The position numbers and the translations under genes were made by a program. Source: Octopus vulgaris (taxonomy: Eukaryota). Taken from it: a stretch of DNA of 64,000 bases. The stretch spans positions 17,732,001-17,796,000 of the forward strand of contig OX597819.1 in the NCBI GenBank assembly GCA_951406725.2, read 5' to 3'. The stretch's first letter is position 1. Each line of letters begins with the position of its first letter. This document shows, piece by piece, positions 42,648 to 56,309 of this stretch. The notes beneath the pieces are model-generated. The model ran no database searches, had not been told where the DNA came from, and worked only from the letters and a program-made list of their open reading frames with translations.

Positions 42648-43000
42648 GGGTGAGGCGGCCTCGTGGTTATAGGATTGTGGTTTCGATTCCCAGAGCGGGC
42701 GATGTGTTTATTGAACGAAATCACTTAAAGCTCCATGCCGCTCTGTCAAGGGGTGGTGACGAGCCCTGCTGTACTCTGTCACCACAACTTTCTCTCACTC
42801 TTTCTTCCTTTTTCTGTTGCACCTATATTTCAAAGGACCAGCCTTGTCACACTCTGTGTCACGCTGAATCGATCTGAGAACTATGTCAAGTGTACACGTC
42901 ACTATGGAATGCTCAGCCACTTGCACGTTAATTTCACGAGCAGGCTGTTCCGTTGATCAGATAAACCGGGATTCTCGTCGGCGTAACCGACAGAGTGCCG
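42648..43000 (+). mobile_element. SINE family C
   Basis: Head and 3' region homologous to 29534-29856. Confidence 0.75.
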
Positions 43001-43005
43001 TAGTA

Positions 43006-43062
<57 letters not shown>

Positions 43063-43138
43063 CACCAGAATTTAGTAAGTTGAGGCACCAGAATTTAGTA
43101 AGGTATTATCCATACAATTTCAGAGTAAGGTGATTAAA

Positions 43139-43439
43139 ATCAAAATAATCAACAAGGATAACCAGATGTAATGCAGTATGATAGTTTCATGCAACGCCAT
43201 TTAATTGAACAGTGCAATCATTACATCAATTTAAAATGCAGAGCAATCTTCAGCTGCCCAAAGACGTATAATTATAGTAATGTGTCCATCTGTTCTAATT
43301 TATTATAATTCTACGTCTTTGTGCAGTTGAAGATTGCACTGCATTTTAAATTGATGTAATGATTGCATTGTTCAATTAAATGGAGCTGAATGAAACGATC
43401 GTACTGCATTATCTCTGGATATCCTTGTTGCTTATTTTG

Positions 43440-43441
<2 letters not shown>
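43139..43441. mobile_element. Fold-back mini-element with 138-bp arms and hammerhead motifs on both strands
   Basis: Arms 43139-43276 and 43304-43441. + strand: TGCAG TTGAAGA...GAA ACGATCGT A CTGCA (43322-43408). Minus strand: GCAG CTGAAGA...GAA ACTATCAT A CTGC. Confidence 0.85.
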
Positions 43442-43470
<29 letters not shown>

Positions 43471-44172
43471 TGTGTGTGTGTGTGTGTGCGTGTGTATGTA
43501 TGTATGTATGTATGTATATGCAAACATACACATTTCAGTATATTTGAATGTCATACAATCAGATTTATCAATACTCTAGACTCGCTAATGTATTCGAAAT
43601 GTATTCGAAATGCACGTATGTGGAAGATTCAAAATACATCGGCAAATACAGAATTGAAAATCCAAATATATACAACATTATTCGCAACAGGGGACCGCGT
43701 TTCTTTGTTTGTTTTTAGTTAAACTACACTGTTCAAGCAAGAAGCTATTATGTTCCTGTAGCGGACTTTTAAGTAATGGCTTGGTGTGCGTCAGGTTGAT
43801 AACACTGAGATAGCTTGGAATACGGGTAATCTAACAACCGATGTTAATGTGCGATGATTATAACACTTTTCTCTCGGCTGCTAAGTCTGATTTGGCTGTC
43901 GAGACAGAACCGAGTCTGCAGAAATTGTATATTTCTTTTAATATCAACATATCAACATATCAACATTTTTACTACCTGTTATGTACAGTACGTTGCCTGT
44001 CCGTCTGTCTGTCTGTCTGTCGGCTTATCTGTCTGTCTAACTCTCTCAATAATTCTCTCCTTAATATCTTCGAATTATCTCTCTCTCTCTCTCTCTCTTT
44101 CTATATATATGTACGTACTTTCATATTCATAATTGTAAATATGTGTGTGAATATATATATATATATATATGA

Positions 44173-44207
<35 letters not shown>

Positions 44208-44681
44208 TGTGTATATATATATGTATATATATATATATTATATATATATGCATTAATATATATATATATATATATATATCCATATATATATATATATACA
44301 TATATATTTATGTATAATCACATGTAAGTACATAAACATAAGTGTGCACATTAATACCTGTACGTATGCACATATATACATTCACATGCAGACATAAATA
44401 TGCACACACACACATACACACTCACACACTCACACTCACACACAGACACACACCCACACACATTATTCTATCTGCTCTGTTTTCTCTTCTTCAACAACAT
44501 TCAAATATTTCCAACGGTATCCACATCTCCCATCGACAGAATCTCCTTAACCAATCCCCCCACCTCATCCTTCTCACACCAATACTTTTCTTTCCAAGTT
44601 TACTTGCCATATTTTTTCTCTTTTATAATTTCTTCAATTATTTTTCTATTATCATCATCATCATCATCATCACCGCCATTA

Positions 44682-44730
<49 letters not shown>

Positions 44731-45769
44731 ATATTTTTATTTTAGAGTATTTGGAATCATGCCAAGGTTATAAGTTCATTAGCATATCGGTGCTTATTGC
44801 AGTAATTTCCCTCCATTTGGCTGGCATTATTGTAAATAGAACACCATTATTAGAAGAGAAAAAAAAACAATAAAAAAGGCGAAAACACGAAACAGCCACG
44901 AAAAAAAAAAAAGAAAAAAAGAGAAACAAGATTTGTCCCATTTCTGTTTTGGTGTTTTCAGTTGGGTTTTCTTTTTTTCCCAGAATGTTTTTTCCTCTTC
45001 TCATTTTCTTCTCAAATATTAATTTCAGACCAGAATATTATGTAATATTACTGGCAAAATGGCAAAAAAAAAGAACACATATCGAGTCAGACTTATGCAT
45101 AAATACAAGCACACGCTTACACACACCCACACACACACACGCATACACACACACACACATACACACACACAAAACATACACACCCACGCACACACACATA
45201 TATATAAATATTCGTACATAGCAAAAGGATCTCCGTCGGTTTCATTGAAAGGCCTTGTTGATTTGTTCGGTAAACCGAACCGTAGTGTCAATGAATTAGT
45301 TTATTAGCGGTTGAGTATTCCAAAGTAACGTGTGGAACCAACGTGACGCAATGAGCAACTAAAACGTAAATTTCTACTAGAATTTCTATTAAGAAGCACA
45401 AACCATTTCATCCATTCAAGGTTCTTTAATCTGTCAAGAATGTTCCATGTCAAGTGCTGACATAGTAATAAAGTAACGGATGTCGCTAAGGTAGAAATAG
45501 CCACCTTGCCTGAACTGACCTATCTAGCAGACATCTGATGTTTCTGGCATATCCAACGCATACAAAACTTTAAGTTATGTCGAACCGAGTTAAGCTCTAA
45601 TGAAATGCATGTTACTCCAACCAAAAAAGTCTTAGTTATTTTCGTTTCTTCATTCACTCGTATGTATGCATACACCACACACACATACAAATATATGCGT
45701 AATATACATCTTATATATATGCAATACACATCTTAATCTGAAGCAAATATATATACGCGATATGCGCCC

Positions 45770-46030
45770 GTGTATATATAATCAAATGTGGTACAGGACG
45801 TCACCAACTGTAAACAACATGAAATGCGAAAACAAACGAGTTAAATACGCAAACGAGAGAAAATATAATTGCAAACAGGACGAGTAACACAAAGAACGAC
45901 TCTTCATCAGTTGTCGGTTTTCTATCTTCTTCTCATTTCGAGCAAGCAACGACAATATAAGTCTTCGAAGACAGTTGCTCCCAAAACTTCCAAAATATAT
46001 TTGGGATTTTATGAAAGGTCAAGTTTGCGA
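45770..46030 (-). mobile_element. Diverged relative of the 17881-18140 terminal repeat
   Basis: Same block order on the minus strand: TCTTCGAAG, CGAAA, CTGATGAAG, GTCCTGT, GTCCTGTAC. Another piece lies at about 48290-48410. Confidence 0.55.
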
Positions 46031-46049
46031 ACGAAAACAGGTCAGTGGA

Positions 46050-46089
<40 letters not shown>

Positions 46090-46094
46090 TATAC

Positions 46095-46342
46095 TTTTAT
46101 TCTTTTACTGGTTTCAGTTATTTTGGCTGCGGCCATGCTAGAACACCGCCTTTAGCCGAGCAAATCAGCCCCATAACTTATTCTTTGTAAGCCTAGTTCT
46201 TATTCAAACGGTCTCTTTTGCCGAAGCTCTAAGTTACGGGGACGTAAGCGTACTAGTATCAGTTGTCAAGATATGTTGGGGGGATAAAGACATACAGACA
46301 TACGCACAAACAAACACACACACACACACACACACATACACA

Positions 46343-46411
<69 letters not shown>

Positions 46412-46553
46412 GATGGGCTTCTTTCAGTTTCTGTCTACCAAAACCACTCGCAAGTCATTGGTCGGCCCAAGGTTATAGTAGAAGACACTTACCCAATGCA
46501 CCACGCAGTGGGAATGAACCCCGAACCATGTGGTTGTAAGCAAGCTAGTTACC
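46095..46553 (-). mobile_element. SINE family A with expanded internal CA/TA repeat
   Basis: Collinear reverse-complement match. Confidence 0.85.
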
Positions 46554-47059
46554 ATTAACTGCTAGAATGCTTTGGCTTGCTAGATCATAGTAAGCTTGTC
46601 ATACATATTTTTATTCATATAATATTATGACCCCATCAGGTTTGTCACGGACGGCATATGGGGAAATTTATCTGAACTGAACATTTATATACCATTCAAT
46701 ACTAGTGTGACAAATACCAGAATATGTCTTAGAAGCAGATCCGTTTTTGATATGAATAGGTACGCTTTATAGTGAAATGCACGTCGGTACTATTCTGATT
46801 CTTGTATTAAGACCAGTGATTGTAAGTCCTCGGTAATATCTAAAGCTAGCTCTGTTGCACAGTGCGTATGACTTGTTGCTTTACTCACAGTTTCATTTTA
46901 GTATCTTGTTTTGGGTGCTTATAAATCTGTTCACATTTTACGTCTTGAAGTACACTGTACAGTAAATACAAGCAGTCGTCTATTATTTAATTAATAGAAA
47001 GGTTTCATTTCATAATTTATTCCATTAGTCCATACTAAGTCTATCGTTATGAAATAACA

Positions 47060-47642
47060 ATATTCTTTTCTACTCTAGGTACAAGACCCCAAATTACGCA
47101 ACTGGTACTTAATTTATAGAGTCTGATAGGATGAAAGACAAAGTCGACCTCGGCGGAATTTGAACTCAGAACGTAAGACAGATAAAATAGCGCTCAGCAT
47201 TTCTCTCGGTGTGCTAACGATCCTTATTTCTTTCTTGCCCACAAGGGGCTAAACATACAGGGGAAGAAACAAAGACAGACAAAGGGATTAAGTCGATTAC
47301 ATCGACCTCAGTGCGTAACTGGTACTTAATTTATCGACCCCGAAAGGATGAAAGGCAAAGTCAACTTCGGCGGAATTTGAACTCAGAATTTAGCGGCAGA
47401 CGAAATACCTATTTCTTTACTACCCACAAGGGGCTAAACACAGAGGGAACAAACAAGGACAGACATAGGTATTAAGTCGATTACATCGACCCCAGTTCGT
47501 AACTGGTATTTAATTTATCGACCCCGAAAGGATGAAAGGCAAAGTCGACCTCGGCGGAATTTGAACTCACAACGTTACGACAGAAGAAATTCCGCTAAGC
47601 ATTTCACCTGACGTACTAACGATTCTGCCAGCTCGCCGCCTT
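47060..47642 (-). mobile_element. SINE family B multimer
   Basis: Head at about 47590-47642 and three body units. Confidence 0.88.
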
Positions 47643-47689
47643 AGTGAAATAACAATATTATTCCTTCATTCACTTGTTCTATTTATTGG

Positions 47690-48000
47690 ATTCACTCTAG
47701 ACTGGGACACAGGCTTTTAGTGCTAAGTCGAACAAAACGACTTCGGTGAATCTATGTCTCTCTTTCATAACAGAACAGCATCTGTTAGATGGTGAACCGT
47801 CAAATACAAAGGCATATACTCACGCACACCTACAGGCTAACATACAACCACATACACAATTCCACCAAATTTACTCACAGCGCTTTACTTGGCACAAGGT
47901 TGTAGTAGAAATCATTCAGCCAAATGGTCACCGCAATGGGACTGACCCTAAAATTTAGAGGCTGTGAAGCGAACTTCTACCCACAGAGCCATGTCTGCGT
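47690..48000 (-). mobile_element. Very diverged SINE family A
   Basis: CCACCAAATTTACTCACA, GTAGTAGAA, GGGACTGA and ACCCACAGAGCCATG blocks. Confidence 0.5.
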
Positions 48001-48164
48001 CTATTATACACGATAGTTTTGAAAAAGAAATGACACCCCTCCTACAATAGCGCGTCTGTTTATTTTGGAAAAAATGGCCATCACGAAATACAAAATTATA
48101 TAATCATATATATATATTAATATAACCTTATATATATGTATATATATATATATAATAAAATATA

Positions 48165-48203
<39 letters not shown>

Positions 48204-48882
48204 ATATAATATGTATACATATATATATAAAATAAATAATAAAATATAATATATATACATACACACACATATATATGTGTGTGTGCATGCTTATATGGGT
48301 ACAGGACGTCACCAACGGTACAAATAACATGAAATACGTAAACAACGGGGAAAAAAGAGAGAAAGAAATGGAAAACAAGACAGGTTAACGCAGAGAAAGG
48401 ACCGAGTCATCAAAGACAGTTATTCCCATAAATTCTAACATAAAATTTAGCATTATATATATATAATCATTTATATATTAACATCATCACTCACTCACAC
48501 ACATACATACGCACACATACACGCACACTCACACATACACACACATATATATATATTTGAGGAGTTTTTTTCGCATTTGCATTGTTTTTCGAAACGTACG
48601 CATGCCCTGAATCCAGTTTTGTAATAAATCTATTTCTGATTCTACATTTTCCCTCCATTTTTTTAAATACTTGTTTATGGTATATTTTTATCACGGAACT
48701 CCTCGACTATTATTTTCATATTTTTATTGCTTGCTCTGGCAGAGTTTTATGAATATGATGAAATCTTTATTAGAAATCAGTTTTCTCTCTTTCTGGATCA
48801 CCCTAGAATGTTTGAATTGCTCTTTTTGAACTCATTTTTCCTCACACTCACACACATACAAACACATACACACAAGCACACA

Positions 48883-48942
<60 letters not shown>

Positions 48943-49691
48943 CTAGACTACCCGTGACACATAGGGTCGCCAGTAGTTCAAGGTACCCGAAAAAACCGCG
49001 TATCTCGAGAATCCATGGGGGCCGATTTATGCGAAACTAGTGTTTCTCTGTTTGTATTTCACATTTCAATGACACCTTACTTTCAAAGCATTTCCCCCAT
49101 TTTACGGCGGTTTAGCTATTTATAAAGGCACCCGAAAGAACCAGGCATCCCGTTAACCCGTTGTCGTCCGATTTGCATGAAACTTATTTTGTTCCGTTTG
49201 TATTCACATGAGCATCTGACTCATCATGTCTCATGCTTTTGTGTCTTTCCCTCTGTTTCGCCAGACACTCCGCTCTCCGAGCCTCCTATTCCTGACCTTT
49301 TCTGCTTCTGACCTTTTCTTTACCTCTGTTCCGCCAGACACTTGCTTTGTTAGTCTCATTGATCCTTCTATTCGTATGCCTGTCACGTAACAGCTTCTTC
49401 AGGTCCTTTTTCGCAAATAACTGTTGCGTGGTAGCAGGGCGTGCAAGAAATAGCAGCCAAATTTTTCCTTTTTTGGGGAAAGCAAGACTTGCCCAAGTCG
49501 TAAAGATTGTCTTCAAAATACAGAAGACCATGATCATAGTCTCTAGAGTTACTTTCATTTTAGGGTTGTGCTAATTTCGGAATATTTTATCATTGCGTAC
49601 CGTTTGAGGTATTCATATCTCAGGAATCCCTAGTCCTATTCATGCGAAATTTATTTTATTCCATTTGTATTCACATTTCAGAGATGCCTTA
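48943..49691 (-). mobile_element. Helitron-like non-autonomous element 3' end with internal repeats
   Basis: Minus strand ends in hairpin ACCCTATGTGTCACGGGT then CTAG|T. Three copies of a CCGATTT..GAAACT..TTTGTATTCACAT unit. Confidence 0.55.
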
Positions 49692-49698
49692 ATTCATA

Positions 49699-49778
<80 letters not shown>

Positions 49779-50149
49779 TACATACATACATACATACATA
49801 CATACATGCATATATGTATGTATATATATATATATATATATACGTACATACATACATACACACATACATACATACATGCATATATGTATGTATGTATATA
49901 TATATATACATATATATTCATATACATATATGTACGTATATATGCACATATATATTTATATATGCGTGTTTAAATACATAAATATTATATTATTCATACG
50001 CACACCCGCGCATAATCGCACGAACGCAAACGCACGCACATATGCACGCACACATGCATAACCGCACGAACGCAAACACTCACCTACACACGCACACATC
50101 CCACACGCGCACACCCACCCACACAGGTCAGTGTTTTACTGGTACAACG

Positions 50150-50720
50150 GCCTGCCAGTCTGAATGGCTACACCATGAATACATTTTGGAAGGATATGAT
50201 AAATATATTAAAAGAATTCAGTCTCTCCATTACTGATACTATCAAGTTAGCCACATTCGACTTCCGAAATGCGCCACTAGACATGAAAACGGACAGGTAC
50301 TATCCTTACAAGAAACCGAAAAGGGAAACTACACATCCACAGAAATTTGAATCACCTGTTTCCGCTGTTTCTAAAAATCTAGTTTCAGACGTTAGTAGAA
50401 AAGGGCTAGAAAGATAAAGTGCTAGAAGTTCCAATCAACGTAGCCAAGTACTTCCTGCCGTTAAGTAAAATGTATTTCTCCAGGATCCATAAATTCTCTA
50501 AGCTTTTCAACTCACATAATATGAAGGTGGGCTACTCCTGTTCAGATAACATCGCTTCTAAAATTGCACACTACAATACAGGCTACCTCACACCCAAGGA
50601 CAAGCTTCCTAACAACGAGGTTACAAGCTAACCTTCCAACTGTTACAAGCTAACCTTCCAACTGAATGCATCCCCTGTAATATTGAAGATGCACTGTTTC
50701 GAAATAAGAACGAATGCTCT
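50150..50720 (+). pseudogene. Penelope-like element RT thumb/linker remnant
   Basis: LDMKTDRYYPYKKP, KNLVSDVSRK and NVAKYFL...HKFSKLFNSHNMKVGYSC..NIASKIA.YN. Possible HHR relic at 50682-50708. Confidence 0.75.
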
Positions 50721-51790
50721 GACCTGTCTTTTATTATAGATTTGCTTGATATGGATAATCCTGGGGTTGAACAATACTATCACTCCCACTAAGATAAAAA
50801 TGGTATCTAACATGGGAACAACGTAGCATAATTTAGAAGAAGAGAACGGCTTGTATCGCGAATGTCAGGACCAGAGCTTCATTGATATTTATGTCTTCAG
50901 TTCCAAGAAGGTCGAAGTAGAAAGTCACCCCCGGGAAGATTTGAACCCAGAATTTTAAAAAAGGGATGGGACAAAATACCTACAAAGGCATTGTGCCCGC
51001 AACAATTACCTTCTCTGTCCCCCACCCATTACATCCACTTTATTACCCTCTACGTCGATATTACCCTTGAATAATATAATGTTGAAAGAAATTCTATCCA
51101 GTTAATGAAGTACGTTCTCCTGGAGGGAGGAAATCTGAGGAGATTGGGTGGGAATATCAAGTCAGGTTAATTTACTCCACAAAAATATATCTATTCCGAT
51201 CGTTCACAACGAATATATTCCAAGAAATACTATTTTACTTTTCCTTTCTTAACTTCCGATTTTTTTTTTGTTTTTCACTTCTTTCTATTTGTTATTTTCT
51301 TCAGTGTATTTGTTCTATTCATTTGATCTGGTAAAAATGAAGATATTTGTAATTAGGGGCTCTCCTCTATCGACTCACACCCACTCATTCCACACTTAAC
51401 TGGTTGTAATCTAGAATAATTGACACAGAAAATTTTAATCAAAATGATTGACTTGGTAGAAAATATTTCTTTTGATATCTCAGCACAATTTCTGTTTTTT
51501 TTTTCCTTTTACCCTCCAATCCGAAATATCTTTTTTTTTTCCTTTTTCTCTCATTTATATATGTTTCCTTTTCTTATACGTTTAATGTATGTATTCCTCC
51601 CTATCTTAAGACTGCAATAGGAATAAGAAAGAAAGCTCAGAAGGAAATATATTTTTGGCATCAATCACTGATTCATTCCCCAGCCAGAAACTGATGGATT
51701 ATCTAACATTTCTCTTCTAGTCTTCTTGTATTCTCTAGATGGTATTACTAAAAGCCTGAAATATCTGCATTGCTTTACCCGATATCAATG

Positions 51791-51897
51791 CTATTGTTAT
51801 TATTATTGTTGTTGTTGTTGTTGTTATTATTATTATTATTATTATTGTTGTTGTTGTTATTATTATTATTATTGTTGTTATTATTATTATCATTATT

Positions 51898-51972
<75 letters not shown>

Positions 51973-52027
51973 GTTGTTGTTGTTATTATTATTATTATTG
52001 TTGTTATTATTATTATCATTATTATTA

Positions 52028-52062
<35 letters not shown>

Positions 52063-52270
52063 GTTGTTGTTGTTGTTGTTGTTATTATTATTGTTGTTAT
52101 TATTATTATTATAATCGTTATTATTATTATCATTAATATTATTATCATTATTATTATTATCATTATCATTATTATTATTATTATTGTTGTTGTTATTATT
52201 ATTATTATTATTATCATTATTATTGTTGTTGTTGTTGTTATGATTATTATTATTAATATTATTATCATCA
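51791..52270. repeat. (TTA)/(TTG)/(TCA) compound microsatellite
   Basis: Direct reading. Confidence 0.95.
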
Positions 52271-53521
52271 GCATCATCGTCGTCATCCTTATCGTTGCAA
52301 AATTGAAGAATCAATCAAAACTGATCTCGTGATACGGTATGATATTTTGTTACGAGTTGCCTTTGTCTCTCTTATAATGGACCGTTTGATGTCAGTGCAG
52401 TCCAGTGAAAGGAAAAAGAAAACAGAAAAACGAAATTGTAGAAGAAGTGAAAGAGCTTAGTTCCGTAGAATTGCTATCTGATCATTTGACGATAGATCAA
52501 CAAGTGGAGATACATTCGATCTACGCCCCACGCAACCCTTGCATATCTTTACATAATCAGAATAAGTATTTGACCCAATATTGAACGAGATGGAGAGAAA
52601 TGGAAGCAAATTGAAACACTTTCTGACATATTTTTCAAACGCCTCTGTTATTATAGGCTAGAAAGAGTGGAGTTGCTAGAAAGAACAGCTAAATTATTAC
52701 ATTAGATCATTTTTAAAGCGAGACACGGTACAGTGCATAATATAGGCTAGCACACTCTAGCTTTGATGTTTGGTAATCCATTTGATCAAAGGTCTTTTGG
52801 ATCCTGACTAAACAAACATCGTCTTGGGTTAATCGATTTCTAGTCAACGAAGAAGCCACTGGAAGACACTAGACCTGCTAGAAGTATATGTGAAAATTTC
52901 CCTGGCATCTTAAAAAATGAAACGACCAGATTATATTTATAGAACTATTTAAACAAATGACAGAATCGTGATGGCTAGAAGACGTTTGATCAGAGGTTTA
53001 AGAGAAAGGATTTATTTAGGATCAAACAAGAAAAAGAAACAAGTTGTATTCTGGCTATCAATATCTTTAGATAGGTTTCGTAGCTATGTTGCATTAACCT
53101 CTGCTTACACATAAACCTTCCTATACAATATGTGAATCTGATACGTAATCTGTGTGATGTCACGTCTGTTGAATTAAGGTTTTCGTGATTTTTGCGTTTC
53201 GTAAAACAAGTAACTCGCCAAAAATATATCCCAATAGCAAACAGAAACAATCAATTTGGAAGTAAAATACAAAACCTACGTAAGCCGATTAGTTCTATTG
53301 TCTGTGTAAATGTCTTTGCTTTAAATCAGAAAGCTAAGGAGATAGAAAGAAGTAGAAATTAATAAAAAAAAAAAGAATGTAATATTGAAATCTAGAGCTA
53401 AAGCCGCCTCTTCCACACCATTTTAGATATACCCGGACGCAGTTGGTGTTACTACGAAGGTGAATATTTTCTAGACAATCTTCTGTAAACCATGTCATGA
53501 GCCATAATTTTTTGTGATAAA

Positions 53522-53894
53522 CAATAATCCCTCGTCATATCGCGGTTCACCAATCGCGGTTCACCAATCGCGGTTTATTACTTAAGCTCCGTGGTGTTGT
53601 TTTGCATTTATAATAAGATAAATATATACAAATTATAAAAATAACTTTAAAAATTGTAAAGTACTGTGGTGCTGTTTTGCATTCATAATAAAATAAATGT
53701 ATACAAATTATAAAAATAATTTTTAAAAATGTACAGGAGTGGCTGTGTGGTAAGTAGCTTGCTAACCAGCCACATAGTTCCGGGTTCAGTCCCACTGCGT
53801 GGCAACTTGGGCAAGTGTCTTCTGCTATAGCCCCGGGCCGACCAATGCCTTGTGAGTGGATTTGGTAGACTGAAACTGAAAGAAGCCTGTCGTA

Positions 53895-53956
<62 letters not shown>

Positions 53957-54339
53957 TGTGTGTGTGTGTTTGTGTGTCTGTGCTTGTCCCCCTAGCATTG
54001 CTTGACAGCCGATGCTGGTGTGTTTACGTCCCCGTCACTTAGCGGTTCGGCAAAAGAGACCGATAGAATAAGTACTGGGCTTACAAAGAATAAGTCCCGG
54101 GGTCGATTTGCTCGACTAAAGGCGGTGCTCCAGCATGGCCGCAGTCAAATGACTGAAACAAGTAAGTAAAGAAAGTAAAGTACTATGGTGTTGTTTTGCA
54201 TTTATAATAAGATAAATATATACAAATTATAAAAATAATTTTAAAAAATGTACAGTACAGTGCTGTTTCTATTTCGCGGACTTTCACTTATTGCGGCGGG
54301 TCTTGGAACGTAACAGCCCCGATAGTGGAGGGATTGCTG
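53522..54339 (-). mobile_element. pogo/Tigger-like MITE interrupted by a SINE A
   Basis: TIRs CAATAATCCCTCGTCATATCGCGG and CCGATAGTGGAGGGATTGCTG|TA. Three internal repeats of about 75 bp. Confidence 0.8.
53734..54180 (+). mobile_element. Full-length SINE family A
   Basis: Nearly identical to 39708-40135. Confidence 0.93.
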
Positions 54340-55320
54340 TACTTTTATTTTCCTACAGAAGGGAGGGAATCATGTAAGGGAGGAAATCTTGGCAACCTAT
54401 TTCGTTTGTGTGTATTTTTTCTTAAACTTATCATTGAAAATGAGTGGAAATAACATATTGGTTATACATTTATTTTTAAACAATGTTCACTTCTATCTTG
54501 TGAAGCCTGTTTCTGTATTCTGTGCGTCTTCAGTATATATCTAAGCTATATCACAACACGAAGTAAAATAATAATATCGACTTAACTGTCGAGAATTTCC
54601 CTTTCATTAATTCATGATTGTAAAAATTCTTAATGAAACATTTTCCGGCTCTTTGCATTCTGATCGTATGTCTAGTTGATCTAATATTATACTGTTTAAA
54701 TTGTAGCCTCCGTTTTATAAACAAGAGAAACACATGATTTAGTTGCCATTGGAAATATATTTCAGAAATTAATATTACTAAAAAGCCACTTTTTATTTGT
54801 TTTCAACAAAAATTAATTGAATGAAATAATGAGGCACTCACCGACAAATTTCAGAAAAATGAAACTAGAAATGAAAAACAGACATCTTTGCCTTTGCTTT
54901 GTTCGGTTTTTGGCGTGATTGATCGTCGGGATGGCCACTCTAGTATCTTTTGTGGATAAATACTTAACAACGTTTTATTTCAATGTAATTTCTATATCAA
55001 AATATGAAAATATTTTTTTGTTGTTTTCTAAAACATTCGTCATACTTTTCCTTTATGTTCTAAATAGGCATATCAGTTATTTATATGACGACACCTCGTG
55101 TTCCTTCTGCAACAACATTTCTCAATATTTCGCGCCATGACAGTCGGTATACAAATGGCGAACTTGACAGATATTTTGTTTTTCTCTTTGAGCAAAGTAA
55201 TTTACTGGGACAATCATGTTAGGTGATGGAAGGAAACATATGAAGAATAGTGCCTTTTAGTCTTAAATTTTACTTTTATTTTTTGTGTTATCATCGAAAA
55301 CCTCTGAAGATGTTTTATTT

Positions 55321-55703
55321 TCTCTTTTACTCTTTTACTTGTTTCAGTCATTTGACTGCGACCATGCTCCAGCACCACGTTTAGTCCAGAAAATCGACCT
55401 TAGGACTTATTCTTTGTAAGCCTAGTATTTATTCTATCGATCTCTATTGGTTATGTGGATGTAAACACACCAACATCGGTTATCAAGCGATGTTGGGGGG
55501 ACAAACACAGACGCACAAACATATACACACACATACATATATACATATATACGACTGTATTCTTTCAGTTTCCATCTACCAAATCCACCCACAAGGCTTT
55601 GGTCGGCCCGAGGCTATAGTAGAAGACACTGGCCTAAGGTTCCACGCAATGGGAATGAACTCGGAATCATGTGGTTGGTAAGCAAGCTACTTACCACACA
55701 GTC
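55321..55703 (-). mobile_element. SINE family A
   Basis: Collinear reverse-complement match. Confidence 0.85.
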
Positions 55704-56037
55704 AAATGTTTACATTTGTAATATTATATATGTCCGCGCTGGTTCCATAAGAAGGAAAAATCATAATCTCTATTTTGTAGGTCTCCAGCATGGAACAGTT
55801 AATATTCCTACTTGGTTACGTAATCATATGTGATCAGTGCAAATGTTACCGTCTTAAACCAGAAGAATAAGTAGAGACAAAAAGAACGGAGAACACCCCT
55901 ATTGGTTGGTTTCTAATGGATTGTGCCACAATATAAATGGAAGTGCGCAGAGAGCCTTCAGTGCTGTAGAGTAAAGCAGAGAGATGCGTATTGTCGAGGG
56001 TTGTTATCAGTATCTAGAGTAGAACGATTTGCGAGGA

Positions 56038-56114
<77 letters not shown>

Positions 56115-56309
56115 CGTGGTATCGTAGGTCGAACGTGCGATAGAAAGGAAAGAGAAAGAGAGATTGAGATGCTACGCAGTCCATACTTTCCAGCTACCAC
56201 AGCGTTACGAAAATATATCATCTCATCCATGCATTTGCTTACAAGAACACCAAGTTGACTACACGCGCACTTACACAAGCCCCCTGCCACAAAATGTATA
56301 TCTTTTATT

